Source of the DNA: Neoechinorhynchus agilis | Taxonomy: Eukaryota > Animalia > Acanthocephala | Length of the DNA stretch: 64,000 nucleotides | Assembly: GCA_051530055.1 (NCBI GenBank) | Contig: CM121341.1 | Span: 10,456,784-10,520,783, forward strand | Reading direction: 5' to 3' | Shown here: positions 1 to 13,943 of the stretch, piece by piece | Layout: each line of letters starts with the position of its first letter | Position numbering within the stretch: the stretch's first letter is position 1 | Notes under the pieces: generated by a model | What the model saw: only the letters and a program-made list of their open reading frames with translations | Told to the model about the DNA's origin: nothing | Databases searched by the model: none | Translations under genes and position numbers: made by a program

Positions 1-159
1 AATTGAGATTTCGCATTTTTTGCCGATATAATCAAACTTGACAATACGATCGCGGTTTTCCTCGGAAATCTCTGGTTCGTCCCCTGTATTTTGCTCGAGG
101 ATTAAGGGTGCGTCAAAGGTGAGACTAATGGCATTCGGTGAGTATCCGAAATTGATTTC
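1..159 (-). CDS. Possible coding exon running off the window edge (unknown protein)
   Basis: 53 open codons on the minus strand (EINFGYSPNAISLTFDAPLILEQNTGDEPEISEENRDRIVKFDYIGKKCEISI); protein-like composition only, no recognisable motif. Confidence 0.3.
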
Positions 160-873
160 TTAGAACAATTTTTGAAAATAAACTCGAATGCACGTTTGTA
201 ATTACAAAGGAATTCAACGGCTCGCCATATCTCCCGCGGACACCACAAGCCGCCAGAAACCAAACTTCGCTCGAAGAACTAAACACAAAGAGCGAAATGA
301 TTGCTCGAATACAGGAATCCGAAAACGAAATGCAGTTGTAGCAGGCAAGGTTTTTGTTCTATCTTTCGTGTGTAACGTCACTTTTAGAATTTTATTGCGT
401 CACCAAACTCTGGGCATCTACAATGGCTTCAGCAATTTCGAGTTGCTCCTCGGAATGATTGTAAACTCTCTCGGACGCCGTTACGCCCACGTCTCTTTTT
501 GTTAGAAGTTAAATGACTTTTTTAGGGCTGTTTTTTAACGGATCAAGTCACTAAGATCGGCAGCTTTTACTTAAAAATGACAAATTACAAAGATTTCAAT
601 TGATGAACATTGAAATCTCTTTGATAAATTAATAATGACGGTTTAGGTATTTCACTTTCAAACAGCCGCATCTTCATAAAACCAACGAGAAGTTGAAATT
701 AGCACAAAGTCTATTTTTTAAAATGAGAACGAACGAAAAGGCAATCGCATGAAACGATTGGCAAATTCGGAGAAGATTTTTCACCGTTACGTTTCAAAAA
801 TGCGAGGAGTTTATATCTTTCAACGATTTCTTTTTGTCGGGAACTTCAGACGATCAAAACGATATTAAGAATT

Positions 874-1536
874 TTACTTGAGGACTGAACACGGTGAGCT
901 GATGCCTTGAAGTTTTAAGAAATTCTCACGTTCATACAAGAACCAGAGAAGTCCAATCATCAGAATACTTGTCCTTGGTTTGCTTGAATCGTACAAGAAA
1001 TTCTGTATGTCTTGTAGGTGAAGTTCGAAGGAATGCGAAACTTCACGGTCCCGCATATCATCAGTCACTTCCACATAATAAAAATGAAGAAGATCCGCTT
1101 TGACGCCGACGCCTTCTCTTGTTGAAAATATCCGGTTCACGAAGCATCCCGGGACGTCGTAACCACATTCCTTTTTAACGTATTCAATTACAGTCATAAC
1201 AAACGGAACATCTGAGTTCATATCACGATTAAAACTAAACAAATCATAGGTCACTGCGTTATTTTGATCAACTTTCGAAAAGTCTATTTCAGTAGGGGAA
1301 GCTTCTTTGACCATCGCAACGAAGACGGGCACTGAGAATTTCCTGCAGATTATGACACAATTTCGATCGACCGAATAGACTATCACGACCAAATTGCAAG
1401 TGGATTCTATGGCATCCCACTTACGAGATTCTCCGACTTCGTCTTTAAACTCAATTCTGTACGGTTTCAAACTAGAAGATCCATCGGTGATCATTTCGGA
1501 AATTGAAATGTCGCTGATGAATTCGTTCGATTCCAT
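874..1536 (-). CDS. NUDT14: NUDT14-like (UDP-sugar diphosphatase family) Nudix protein with degenerate Nudix box; intronless
   Basis: Colinear similarity to NUDT14: LKPYRIEF..KWD, VIVYS...CVIICRKF, ECGYDV, GVG....HFYYVEVTD, KPRTSILMIGLLWFL. ATG at 1536 follows a TTTTAG acceptor-like site; the ORF track start at 1560 is less likely. Confidence 0.8.
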   Translation of the reverse strand: MESNEFISDISISEMITDGSSSLKPYRIEFKDEVGESRKWDAIESTCNLVVIVYSVDRNCVIICRKFSVPVFVAMVKEASPTEIDFSKVDQNNAVTYDLFSFNRDMNSDVPFVMTVIEYVKKECGYDVPGCFVNRIFSTREGVGVKADLLHFYYVEVTDDMRDREVSHSFELHLQDIQNFLYDSSKPRTSILMIGLLWFLYERENFLKLQGISSPCSVLK

Positions 1537-1985
1537 CTTCGGTCTAAAAGAATAAAACATCGAGTTTACAATGTGGACTTGGGTAAAGGGTCTAACTAAT
1601 TCATGTATTTTACGTTATTACGACCACCTGAAGCACAAATTCACAGGTTTTATTATTTGGAAATCGTGTTTCACATAGGAGCACCTATAAGACTCTGAGA
1701 GTTGCGATATTTGGAACAAGACAAGAGATAACGGCAAACAGAAAACCATTGCTATAAAAAGCGCAAAGATCGCCTACGATTTGACCGAGTGTCATTATGA
1801 ATAATCACGAGGATCCGAAATAAACCAATAAATGAATCCCAGAAGACTAGATTAGCACGAAGAACTTCTTGTTAAATTTGAAAAGGTCATTTTAGAAAAG
1901 GAATTGAACTTAAAAATGATCGAAATGATGTAAAGAAACTGAAACGGCACGATCATCCTTTGGCCTCAAAATAGCATCATAAAAG

Positions 1986-2491
1986 CAAAACTAAACACTT
2001 GCACACACGTTGTAACGTTATGATGAATATAATAGTAACGCCACTAAATAATGGTGATGCCCGTGGGTCGATATTCTATAACAACCTTCGGCAGATCTCA
2101 TAAAGAAAATCGACAGGAGAGACGAACTAATTGACCATTTTGATTAATCACCTTAGAAACCTTCAAGAGCGTCAATTCACTCGAAGGCGCGTCAGGAGTA
2201 CCTACATCCACGTTCGAATCATTGGTTGAATCCTTATTTTCAATTGGGGCATCAATGGATGAGCGGGAGGTAGGAGCGAATGGTTGATTGGAAACTTTGC
2301 CAACGCGACCATCAGGGTATTCCACAACTGAATATTTTTCATTAGCTTATTGCGATGACCATTTAGAGGTTTTATTGAATAGGAAACACACTGGCAAAAC
2401 TAAACACTTGCACACACATTGTAACGTTATGATGAATATAATAGTAACGCCACTAAATAATGGTGATGCCCGTGGATCGATATTCTATAAC
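1986..2491. repeat. Pair of ~95-bp direct repeats (1986-2080, 2395-2491) flanking a ~315-bp core
   Basis: AAAACTAAACACTTGCACACAC...GCCCGTGG(G/A)TCGATATTCTATAAC occurs twice with 2 visible substitutions. Confidence 0.85.
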
Positions 2492-3772
2492 TCTCACATA
2501 AGGCAATATTTCCGCCAATCAATGAAATACTCGAATATGCGATATTCCTAAAGAGTTCACATTTTGAACCGGTTTTTTTATTTTGAGCTAATGAGAAAGG
2601 TTCGACATGGGCACATTTCATATAGCATTCGACGGTCAAACGTAAAAGGGACATAAGATATGTAATATTTTGGTGCCACATTTAAGAAATGTGCATACAT
2701 TTTCATCGCAAGCGCGCATGTTTGTGTATGTAACGACGGAATTCACTGTAATGGAAAGGGAAAGTATTAGCTAGACAGTAATTTGAGATAGACGGGATTC
2801 TTTGAGTAGCTTACCAGCTGCTGGTATATCCGGGATGAAGAAATGGTGCGAATAAAAGCTGTCTACCTTTTGATGGCACAATCGTTTGTCATTCCTGTTC
2901 GGAAAATTAGAATTGATCTAGTTTTAAAATTCTAAAAAGGAGCAGAATGGGATAATGACTGTTTTAAAAATTCATGACTTTATAAAGAAGGTCCCAGGAG
3001 GGAAAAGAAAAACAACAACTTTATTACAAATGAAGAAGGTGCATAGGCGCTCATGCATATCATTTTGTCTTCGTCTACGAAAGGCCACCGCAACACAAAG
3101 ACATCCTCCGAGAATGGGTGCGCGAGCATCCTGGGCGTGCATATGAATCTCAAGCGAATACAATCGACGCCAAAGGAGACACTGCTTTATACGAGAGAGA
3201 GCGAGCGAGAGACCCGTTTGTACGCACACTGAGACGAAATGCATACACAAACCGAAAAATATACGCACGAAATGGGGCCGAGACGGCGGTGCCAACTACT
3301 CAGGAAGGAGGGGAACGGTGGGTTTTTTATAAAGTACAAACCAAACGAATGGATAGCCCAAGGTGCCTTCATACTAGCAACTACGGGTTTTATCTGCCGG
3401 AAAATCCAATAAAAATGCTAATATCCAGGCTTCATGGACTAGTGTCTATGCTGTGCATAAGAGAATAATACAAGCGGAAACATTCAACCATTCATCATAG
3501 AAACCAATCGTTTTTGACTTACAACAAACTCGTATTCTCGCGTTCCAAAATGACTTTTCCGGAAATTCAACGAGACGTTGATGATTGAAACTAAAACCAA
3601 TTTTCCACTCCTCATTACAAAGGTCAGTTACTTCGGGGTTCTCAAATTACCGACTGGTACGTAAAATGCGCTAAGATAGTGAATTTGGGAAATTATGGCA
3701 CTAATTTTTTCATAGGTGCCAGTTGTTTTTGGACAAAGCGACTTTCTATTTTACCCACGCTCTAAGGGAAAG

Positions 3773-5019
3773 GTACAAAAATTTTCTACTAAATAACAAT
3801 TATCTGAATATAAAAGCTTTTATCTATTTTACAACAAAATGCGTTGGATTTTTTCAAAAACAGTAATTATTGGCTAGTGAAATAATTACAAAATTTTTTA
3901 TTAAATAACAATTATCTGACTCTAAACGTTTATCTATTTTTCGACAAAATGCGTTGGATTTGGTCACAAAGAGAAATTATTGGCTAGTGAAAAAATTTCA
4001 ATGTATTTTATTAAGTAACAATTATCTGATTCTAAACGTTTATCTATTTTTCGACAAAATGCGTTGGATTTGGTCACAAAGAGAAGTTATTGGCTAGTGA
4101 AAAAATTACAATATATTTTATTAAATAACAATTATCTGACTCTAAACGTTTATCTATTTTTCAGCAAAATGCGTTGGATTTTGGTCACAAAGAGAAATTA
4201 TTGGCTAGTGAAAAAATTACAATATATTTTATTAAATAACAATTATCTGACTCTAAACGTTTATCTATTTTTCAGCAAAATGCGTTAGATTTGGTCACAA
4301 AGAGAAATTATTGGCTAGTGAAAAAATTTCAATGTATTTTATTAAGTAACAATTATCTGATTCTAAACGTTTATCTATTTTTCGACAAAATGCGTTGGAT
4401 TTGGTCACAAAGAGAAGTTATTGGCTAGTGAAAAAATTACAATATATTTTATTAAATAACAATTATCTGACTCTAAACGTTTATCTATTTTTCAGCAAAA
4501 TGCGTTGGATTTGGTCACAAAGAGAAATTATTGGCTAGTGAAAAAATTACAATATATTTTATTAAATAACAATTATCTGATTCTAAACGTTTATCTATTT
4601 TTCGACAAAATGCGTTGGATTTGGTCACAAAGAGAAGTTGCTGGGTAGCAAAAATTACAAAATTTTCTATTAAATACCAATTATCTGACTCTAAACCTTT
4701 ATTTAATTTCCAAAAAAGGCGTTTGATGCGGGCACAAAGAGAAATTATTGGCTAGTGAAAAAATTTCAATATATTTTATTAAATAACAATTATCTGATTC
4801 TAAACGTTTATCTATTTTTCGACAAAATGCGTTGAATTTGGTCACAAAGAGAAGTTATTGGCTAGTGAAAAAAATACAATATATTTTATTAAATAATAAT
4901 TATCTGACTCTAAACGCTTATCTATTTTTCGACAAAATGCGTCGGATTTGGTCACAAAGAGAAGTTATTGGCTAGTGAAAAAATTACAATATATTTTATT
5001 AAATAACAATTATCTGACT
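3773..5019. repeat. 110-bp tandem satellite, about 11 copies
   Basis: Unit TTGGATTTGGTCACAAAGAGAAATTATTGGCTAGTGAAAAAATTACAATATATTTTATTAAATAACAATTATCTGACTCTAAACGTTTATCTATTTTTCGACAAAATGCG; period 110 (3931 vs 4041). Confidence 0.95.
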
Positions 5020-5971
5020 ACGCTTTTGGAATTGAACTTGAGAAATGAGTTTCCGGTGTATGGTAGGTTTAAAGATTTGTATTCTACTGCGAACTGCTCC
5101 ACGAAATTTTGAAATCTGTTTTATGTGTTTCGTTAATTCGAATTCAAAAACTGCGGCATACAGTCTCATCACGCAATAATATCTTTGCAAAGAAAAATAT
5201 TAGAGGCGGTATAAAATCAGATTTATTTTTATCGTACAGAAATAGTGTTATTTATAAACCTTTTAAATTAATTGTTGGGAGCTAAAGTATTGCCACAAAA
5301 CCATTTCAAAAATTGATGGAACGATGAATAATGAATTTTTTGATCGGAAGGTGAGAAAAGGACGGGAATCGTTGCCGTTTTCCCTTATAACCATCTCTGT
5401 ATGTTTTCTTCTGTTTTTTGTGGAGACAGTATTCACGATAGAAACATTAGAGTTCCAGATTTCTAGGAGATTTAAAATCTTGGTCAAATTTTGTTTTCGA
5501 AAATTAACACTTCAGAGAGTCGTTGTAATGACAAAGAAAATCATCATTTTTGAGCTATCGTAAACCAGTGGAGCTAGCTACGATTCTCTTGCCTTCGTTC
5601 GTTACATTTTACACTAGCAAAAAGATCCTGCTTGCGGCTCACTTGTTTTAATCGAAAATTCTTTCAGTATCGCATGTTACGCACTAGATCCTAGAAAGTT
5701 TTATGGCTTTCCCAAGTAAGGGAAACACAAGACCGTGTTAACTCCAATGTTATACAATAATATCAGTAATTGCGTAAAGACGATTAATCTTACTTAAAAA
5801 CACTGAATTTTTAATCTCTTTCATTCTAGGGATTCTCTAAACCTACGTTGCATGCACTGACCTGTTACTGTCAAGTGCGTATCTTAAAGTGACCGCTATG
5901 CGAATTTGTCATAGTTTAAAACTACGTCAGATCGAAAGATCAGATGCAAGTTTTTCCCATTATTCGCCGTC

Positions 5972-6004
5972 TGATTGGCTGGAATGCAATTTAATTAACC
6001 AATA
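5972..6004. promoter_or_regulatory. Two oppositely oriented CCAAT boxes, candidate PAK promoter
   Basis: CTGATTGGCT at 5971-5980 and AACCAATAG at 5997-6005, about 320 nt upstream of the candidate first exon; motif match only. Confidence 0.3.
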
Positions 6005-6324
6005 GGGGCACAATATAATCGCAAACATGTGAAAAATGCTGAATTTTCGTACTCATGAAAATGTTTTTCCCTCTTAAACCTTGGAAATTCCCACCACAAA
6101 ACGCTTCCTTTGACAGGCATCCTTGCAAGACATACTTTGCAAGTGTTTTTCATCGTCTGTGCTTATGAAAATACGTTTCCGTTATTGATCAGGGTTGCGG
6201 TAGAATTTGGTTTTATACACGAAGGGATCGCGTAGGGCGCAAAACGAAAATTGCATATTTGGATGCTCATTGATTTTGCTATATTGTTAAAAAAAGAGTA
6301 AAGTGTCGTAAATCGTGCCCTAGC

Positions 6325-6429
6325 ATGGGTGGGTCCTCCTCAGCACAGGTATTGGTTTACGTTGTTGTAGCGACGATGATGCTAATCCTTGTACTTAGTG
6401 TTTATCCGAGCGCGGATGCGATAATCTGA
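6325..6429 (+). CDS. Candidate PAK first coding exon (6325-6348, MGGSSSAQ); if unspliced, a 34-aa hydrophobic micropeptide
   Basis: Strong Kozak context agcATGG; CAG|GTATTG donor at 6348/6349 is in phase with the acceptor TTTGTAG at 7266 and the PAK frame; read-through gives MGGSSSAQVLVYVVVATMMLILVLSVYPSADAII*. Confidence 0.5.
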   Translation: MGGSSSAQVLVYVVVATMMLILVLSVYPSADAII

Positions 6430-7290
6430 TTGATTGGGTATGCTGTCTGATTACCAGATCTGTCTTTGGTTTCGCCGGGTGTTGTCGTGTAAAGATCCCA
6501 AGTGCTGAAAGTTGCGTGTCGACTGTTCGCTGCTGTTGGGTCGCATAGATTTCGAGAGCTAACCCTTTGCCGAGTACTGTCTAACTACTTTTCCGTCGAA
6601 GTTTAGCAGCGTAGAAATTCATAACACTGTATGCTAACTTGGCATGTAGCTGACTTTAATGAGTACGCTGTTTTTTGAAGACGTTGAAAGTTTATTAGTT
6701 CTACGCCTGTGCTTCAATTATTGTCACACACTAATCTTGAATTTACAATAGTTAAACAATAAACCGATTACATCAGTAACTATACAATATGGATATATTT
6801 TACATACTAAAAAATTATTTTTAACTTTACTGTCGCTGAAGAAATGATATGTCGTTTCTGAGAAGTCACAACCATTTTTATTGAATAATCAACCTTTGGA
6901 TACCTTTACATATATTTTCCTATAGTTTTTATGAAAGTTTGTTCAAATCGTTAGCATTCTTTTCATGGAATATTTACTCGTTTTAGCGCCATCTTTGATC
7001 GTTCCTCTAGATTCATATCCCTTGTACTGGTGTGTAGCATTGATTCGTCTTCTCATCCTTGAAGGCTGCCGTTTTCTTTTTGGAAACAAACATGAAACCG
7101 TGTGTAAACACCGCTTCTACTTTACGATAATGTAAGAGTTCTTCATGAAGGTTCATACTGTACCATTAATTGTTACTGGTATTTATCCTTCCTCATTCAA
7201 AAACAATGCCTGTCGCAACTTTGTTCTGTCACAATCTCAACAATAGTTCTGCATTCTCATTTGTAGACACGTTTATATGTTCACCTATTG

Positions 7291-9721
<2,431 letters not shown>

Positions 9722-10184
9722 ACACCACGTTGTGCTTGTTGACCATGCGTGTCGCCCGAATTGGAATGGCTTTTGTATATGAGTGTACGTCTGAGTGCGC
9801 GTTGTTATGATGAAACTTGATTTGAGATAAAGACGGGAATGGGAGACTAGAAGTATTTTCTCGTTAAGTCCTAGTTGCAATATTGACCGATTGCAAAGAT
9901 GAGCGTGAAGCTCCAATCTCCAAAATCTGAATGCAAAATATAGAAAAGTTTCAAATTTTAAATTTAAGCGATTATATGTCGCATTACTCTGCATCGAGCA
10001 CTCGTATTCAACTAAGATTTCATGATAATGCTTCTTCGTAATAAAAACCTATTTGGTCTTTAATTCTCGGTTAAAAATTATCGCAAATTGTGTATATTTA
10101 TGCCCATTTAAGTCTTTTTCATCTTTTGAATTGACATAAAGGTTTTCTGCGTTGAAGTGTGGCCTCTTCCACGGATGATAATTT

Positions 10185-10314
10185 TTGTTGGGCATACAGC
10201 CCACCTATACCTTGGATAAGGAAAACGCATAAAATCACTTATTCTTCGGGTCCTCAGATACCTCCCGAGGGGAGCGAATTTCCTCCTTTCAGTTATATTT
10301 CGTTCCCTTTGGTT
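10185..10314 (-). mobile_element. Degenerate copy of the dispersed family carrying the rearranged hammerhead (catalytic strand deleted)
   Basis: Reverse complement AACCAAAGGGAACGAAATAT..GAAAGGAGGAAATTCG..GGAGGTATCTGAGG..TAAGTGATTTTATGCG..GGTGGGCTGTATGCCCAA aligns with 17560-17690, 56585-56720 and 63548-63722. Confidence 0.75.
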
Positions 10315-10440
10315 ATGTGTACAAACTATTGCATACCTTGAACCATATCTGTGGGCTGTGTTCCCTAAAAAAATTATCAGTCGTGGAAAAGACCTACTTC
10401 AGCACAGAATAAATGTAATCGGCTAGCTAGACTTAAAGAT

Positions 10441-10609
10441 AAAATAAAGGACGTTTCGAACCTCGTCGGGTTCATCATCATCCACTTGTATTTTAGAAGT
10501 GATGATGAATCCGACGAGGTTCGAAACGTCTTTAATAAATAATCATTTAATGGGTGAAGACTTCTAAGCAATAATTCCAATCAAATTTCCCTCTACCTCA
10601 CATATCGAC
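10441..10609. mobile_element. Palindromic (foldback) element with hammerhead-like motif on both arms
   Basis: GACGTTTCGAACCTCGTCGGGTTCATCATCA...TGATGATGAATCCGACGAGGTTCGAAACGTC, with the longer arm ending ...CTCACATATCGAC; family member of 22157, 46420, 46655, 50491, 50854, 59675, 59953 and 60168. Confidence 0.85.
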
Positions 10610-11312
10610 ATTTTTATAAAATAAAAGTTTTTAGGTAATATTCATAGAGCTTACACATAGTATAAGTTCTTTTTAGTTAAATGAATTATATTCTTATAAC
10701 ATTTTTAGGCATTCGCAGAAATTTTCGTATTGAACACAAATTCGAGTGTAAATGTTGAACATTCTTGTAGTAAAATAAATGTGATTAGATGTAGTGATGA
10801 TTTGTTGACCAAAAATCTATATCCTCCATTTAATGTTTAATAGGTTTGTTTAACATTTTTGTTTCATTTCCATTTGCTGCTCATTCACTTCAGTATCGCC
10901 ACCCGCTTTTCTATGACACAAAAGTGAATTTGGGGGAATTTTATAATTTTACATAGAAATTATGATCTGATCATTATTCAGCGATGATTCATGTTCTTAT
11001 TAAGCAATTGTGTATCTTTGTAACAAGCGCGTTTCAAACAAAACCTCGAAGTATCGGCAGCAACTTTTTATGAGTTTTTATCAATAGTCAAGCAGAGTAA
11101 AAATGCGCTCATTATCACACTTTTTAAAACATTGATTTTTCTCTTCATTGCAGTACGGACGAAATATTAAGCGGTTGTGTAAAGACACTTTACTGTATAA
11201 AGTAAAACTTTTTAGGAAAATTAAAAAGTATAATTTGCAATTTTCTGGATAATTCATGTTTTAGATAAAGCTCTGAATTTTTTTCAACTTCGTGAGGTGT
11301 TACTTTTCATCT

Positions 11313-13943
11313 CTAAACTTTCTGTATCCACTTTTGCAAACAATATTGGATCAATTCGTCGGTACTTTCATCCATTCGAATTCCATAGCCAGCCGAAATC
11401 AAATTAACTTTTGAATCAGATCCATTTTTCTCGTTTTCAATATCAAGCTGTGTCCGCTTTAATGTTAAAAGTAATCGCAAATGATTTGAAACTATTTTTA
11501 GCATTTGAAGATTTTCAACATCTTTTCCTAATTCACTGGTTTGACTCAAGGTATACAATAGTCGGGCGTAGAAGACTACAACTAATCTAACAGTAGCATT
11601 TGTGGCAGGATCTGTAAAGAATTTGTTAATATCTGTTTCCGGTTGACCAACGGCTTCCTCCTTCATTATTTTATAGACTTGTGGACGAATTACACCTTCA
11701 TCAATATCATTAAACCAGCTCGTGAATAGACCCGTGAGCAGCTCAATATCAACACACTCCGTTACGAGGATCTTAAGATATTCAACCCAATTTTGGTTGA
11801 TCATTGACCGGTATTTAAAAATCTTTTGATGAGTACGATCGTCATTTACTTTTTCAGAGGTAAGCATCTCAAACACTTTTTGAACACTCACTGGATTTTG
11901 GCATTCCGTTGCGGGTTCCAAAAGTAGCCAATTGTATAGGTGATTGCATTCGAAAGGTGATTTTCGACAAACTTCTTTTTCGAATTCAATATCAGAACGT
12001 ATTTGGTTTCTTAAGTCTTCCACCGACTACCAATAACGTTTATACAGAGTTTGATTCCTAGTTCATCTACATGTATACGACCAGGATCTCTGTGAGTGGA
12101 CGACGGCAATGGTACAAGGTTGCATAAATACACGAGACGTTTAACACAGACATACAGAACGAGAGGAATGTGAGAAATTGAGGAACGTCTCGTGGCTCCG
12201 TAAAGGACAACACTCTGAGCATGCATTGCTTGTGAGAGCAATCGGTATTCATCGGATTCGCCATCGGTTTGAGTGGATTCGCAACAAAACAGTTTCCCTC
12301 CGTTAACAATATAGGAACTGAATACTTCAACTGTTTTAAGTTGAATCGGAGTCTGAATAGAGCCGGGCCTCTTCCTTCTTACAAACTCTATAGCTTCTCG
12401 ATGTTGCATTTTACATTTCTGGTGGAATTGTGCTTCATAGACCAGATAACACGCAATGATAAATCCAGTTCGCCCTAGACCGGCGTGACAGTGAACAGCC
12501 ACTTTCTTGTTTTCATCCCGAATACATTCCTCCATTCTGTGAACAATCTTTAAAATGCTACGATTACTGTTAATGGTTCCAAAGTCAGTTACTTCGTAGC
12601 CGTAGACGTCGATACCGGCACTTTTGAACATTTCGGGATCATATGAGAAACCGGATGTTGCGTCGATACCAACGCCACAGTATGCATGTTCCCCACGCTT
12701 TTGGAGGTTCACTATGAGACCAATGTTCATTTCTGGCGCTTATTTCGGCACGGATTGAATGCAAGAATATCTTACGCATGTTGCAAATTAATTGATCTTT
12801 TGCATTTTCTCTCCTGAGTTTCTTTTGCTTCAAAAGTTAAGGCTAATTATTTTCTGAAATTACTGTTGTCTAATACTCGAAGCTATAACATTTCAATTAT
12901 TAACTATGGAACTCGAAAATTAGACAGAATTCAATATATTAGCTTAGATCAAATATTTGACAATAGTTATATTTGTTATTGTAAAGGGAAATGCTGCGAT
13001 TTAAATGATGACTAAAACGATCTTAGTGTATTTTATATTACTTAATCCACATGTAGAAAAATCGGTTAATACATTAATCACGATTTACGGTATGAAAATG
13101 TTAAGGAGAAATTAACAGTCTTTGTTTAGAGGAAGGCCGACCATGTACCAAATATTTAGTGCAATTTTGTTACCAATAAGTGCCAATTTTCAGTACCGAT
13201 ACAAGCATTAACATAGCCTCAACCAACTTGAATTTGGATATGGATACATTTGACGGCCGCGCCATTGCGACAATATTATCCGTAATCCACGTTGAGTAAA
13301 GTCCCGGGATTGCTGTATGTGGTTTCATCCACTTAGATTCTAACTCGTATTTGCAATGAATTCCATTACACCCGATTTTGCACCTGTACCGTTCACTAGT
13401 CACATTTTTGAAGCGTCTAGCAATACTCAACGGATGTATCCTTCTCATTATTTGTGGCGTACTAAGTAGTCTCTCAAATAAACTCGGATCATCTATGATT
13501 TTCTTTGGTTCTGCTGGACTAACAGCCAACACCCGTTCATCCATCGAAACAGTCTCACGTGCGGGTTGACTATCTTCGACGGTCAGGCGGTCTACTTCAG
13601 CAACCTCATCTAGATCATTGCCACTTTCAACTGATGAAGACAAACTTTCATCAGAAGACTGTTCATCTTCGCCATCATCTTCGCTACTTGACGATTCTAA
13701 ATCAGCTTCTGATGGTTCTCGGCCGCGACAAAATGTCTTTAACATTCGCCATCTTGACTTATGATATTGCTTATCGGCATCCTGGTTCAAGTTTGTTGGT
13801 TCACTTCGCGTTCGAAACAAGCTGAGCATTTCAACCATCGTCTCATTATTATCCAGAATCTTTGGTTTTGAGTTGACTCGCTTCCTTGGTATAGGTAGTG
13901 ACAGTCTTGGTCTCATTGTCCACAACCTGGAATTTTTTCTCAT
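11313..13943 (-). CDS. PTPDC1: Protein tyrosine phosphatase domain-containing 1 (dual-specificity phosphatase); exon junction at 12.7-13.2 kb unresolved; apparent 1-nt frameshift near 12020
   Basis: CKIGCNGIHCKYE, IPGLYSTWITDNIVAMARPS, IVNLQKRGEHAYCG, intact HCHAGLGRTG catalytic loop, VRRKRPGSIQT. Confidence 0.9.

Noticed and set aside
188-505. ORF-track entries such as 188-505, 2955-3468, 34340-34579, 46966-47304, 56488-56913, 62480-63108 and 63404-63924 as genes
   Set aside because: No motifs; they are antisense shadows of real genes or lie within repeats or elements.
2813-2828. TACCAGC-T-GCTGGTA perfect 7-bp palindrome
   Set aside because: Single short occurrence, compatible with chance.
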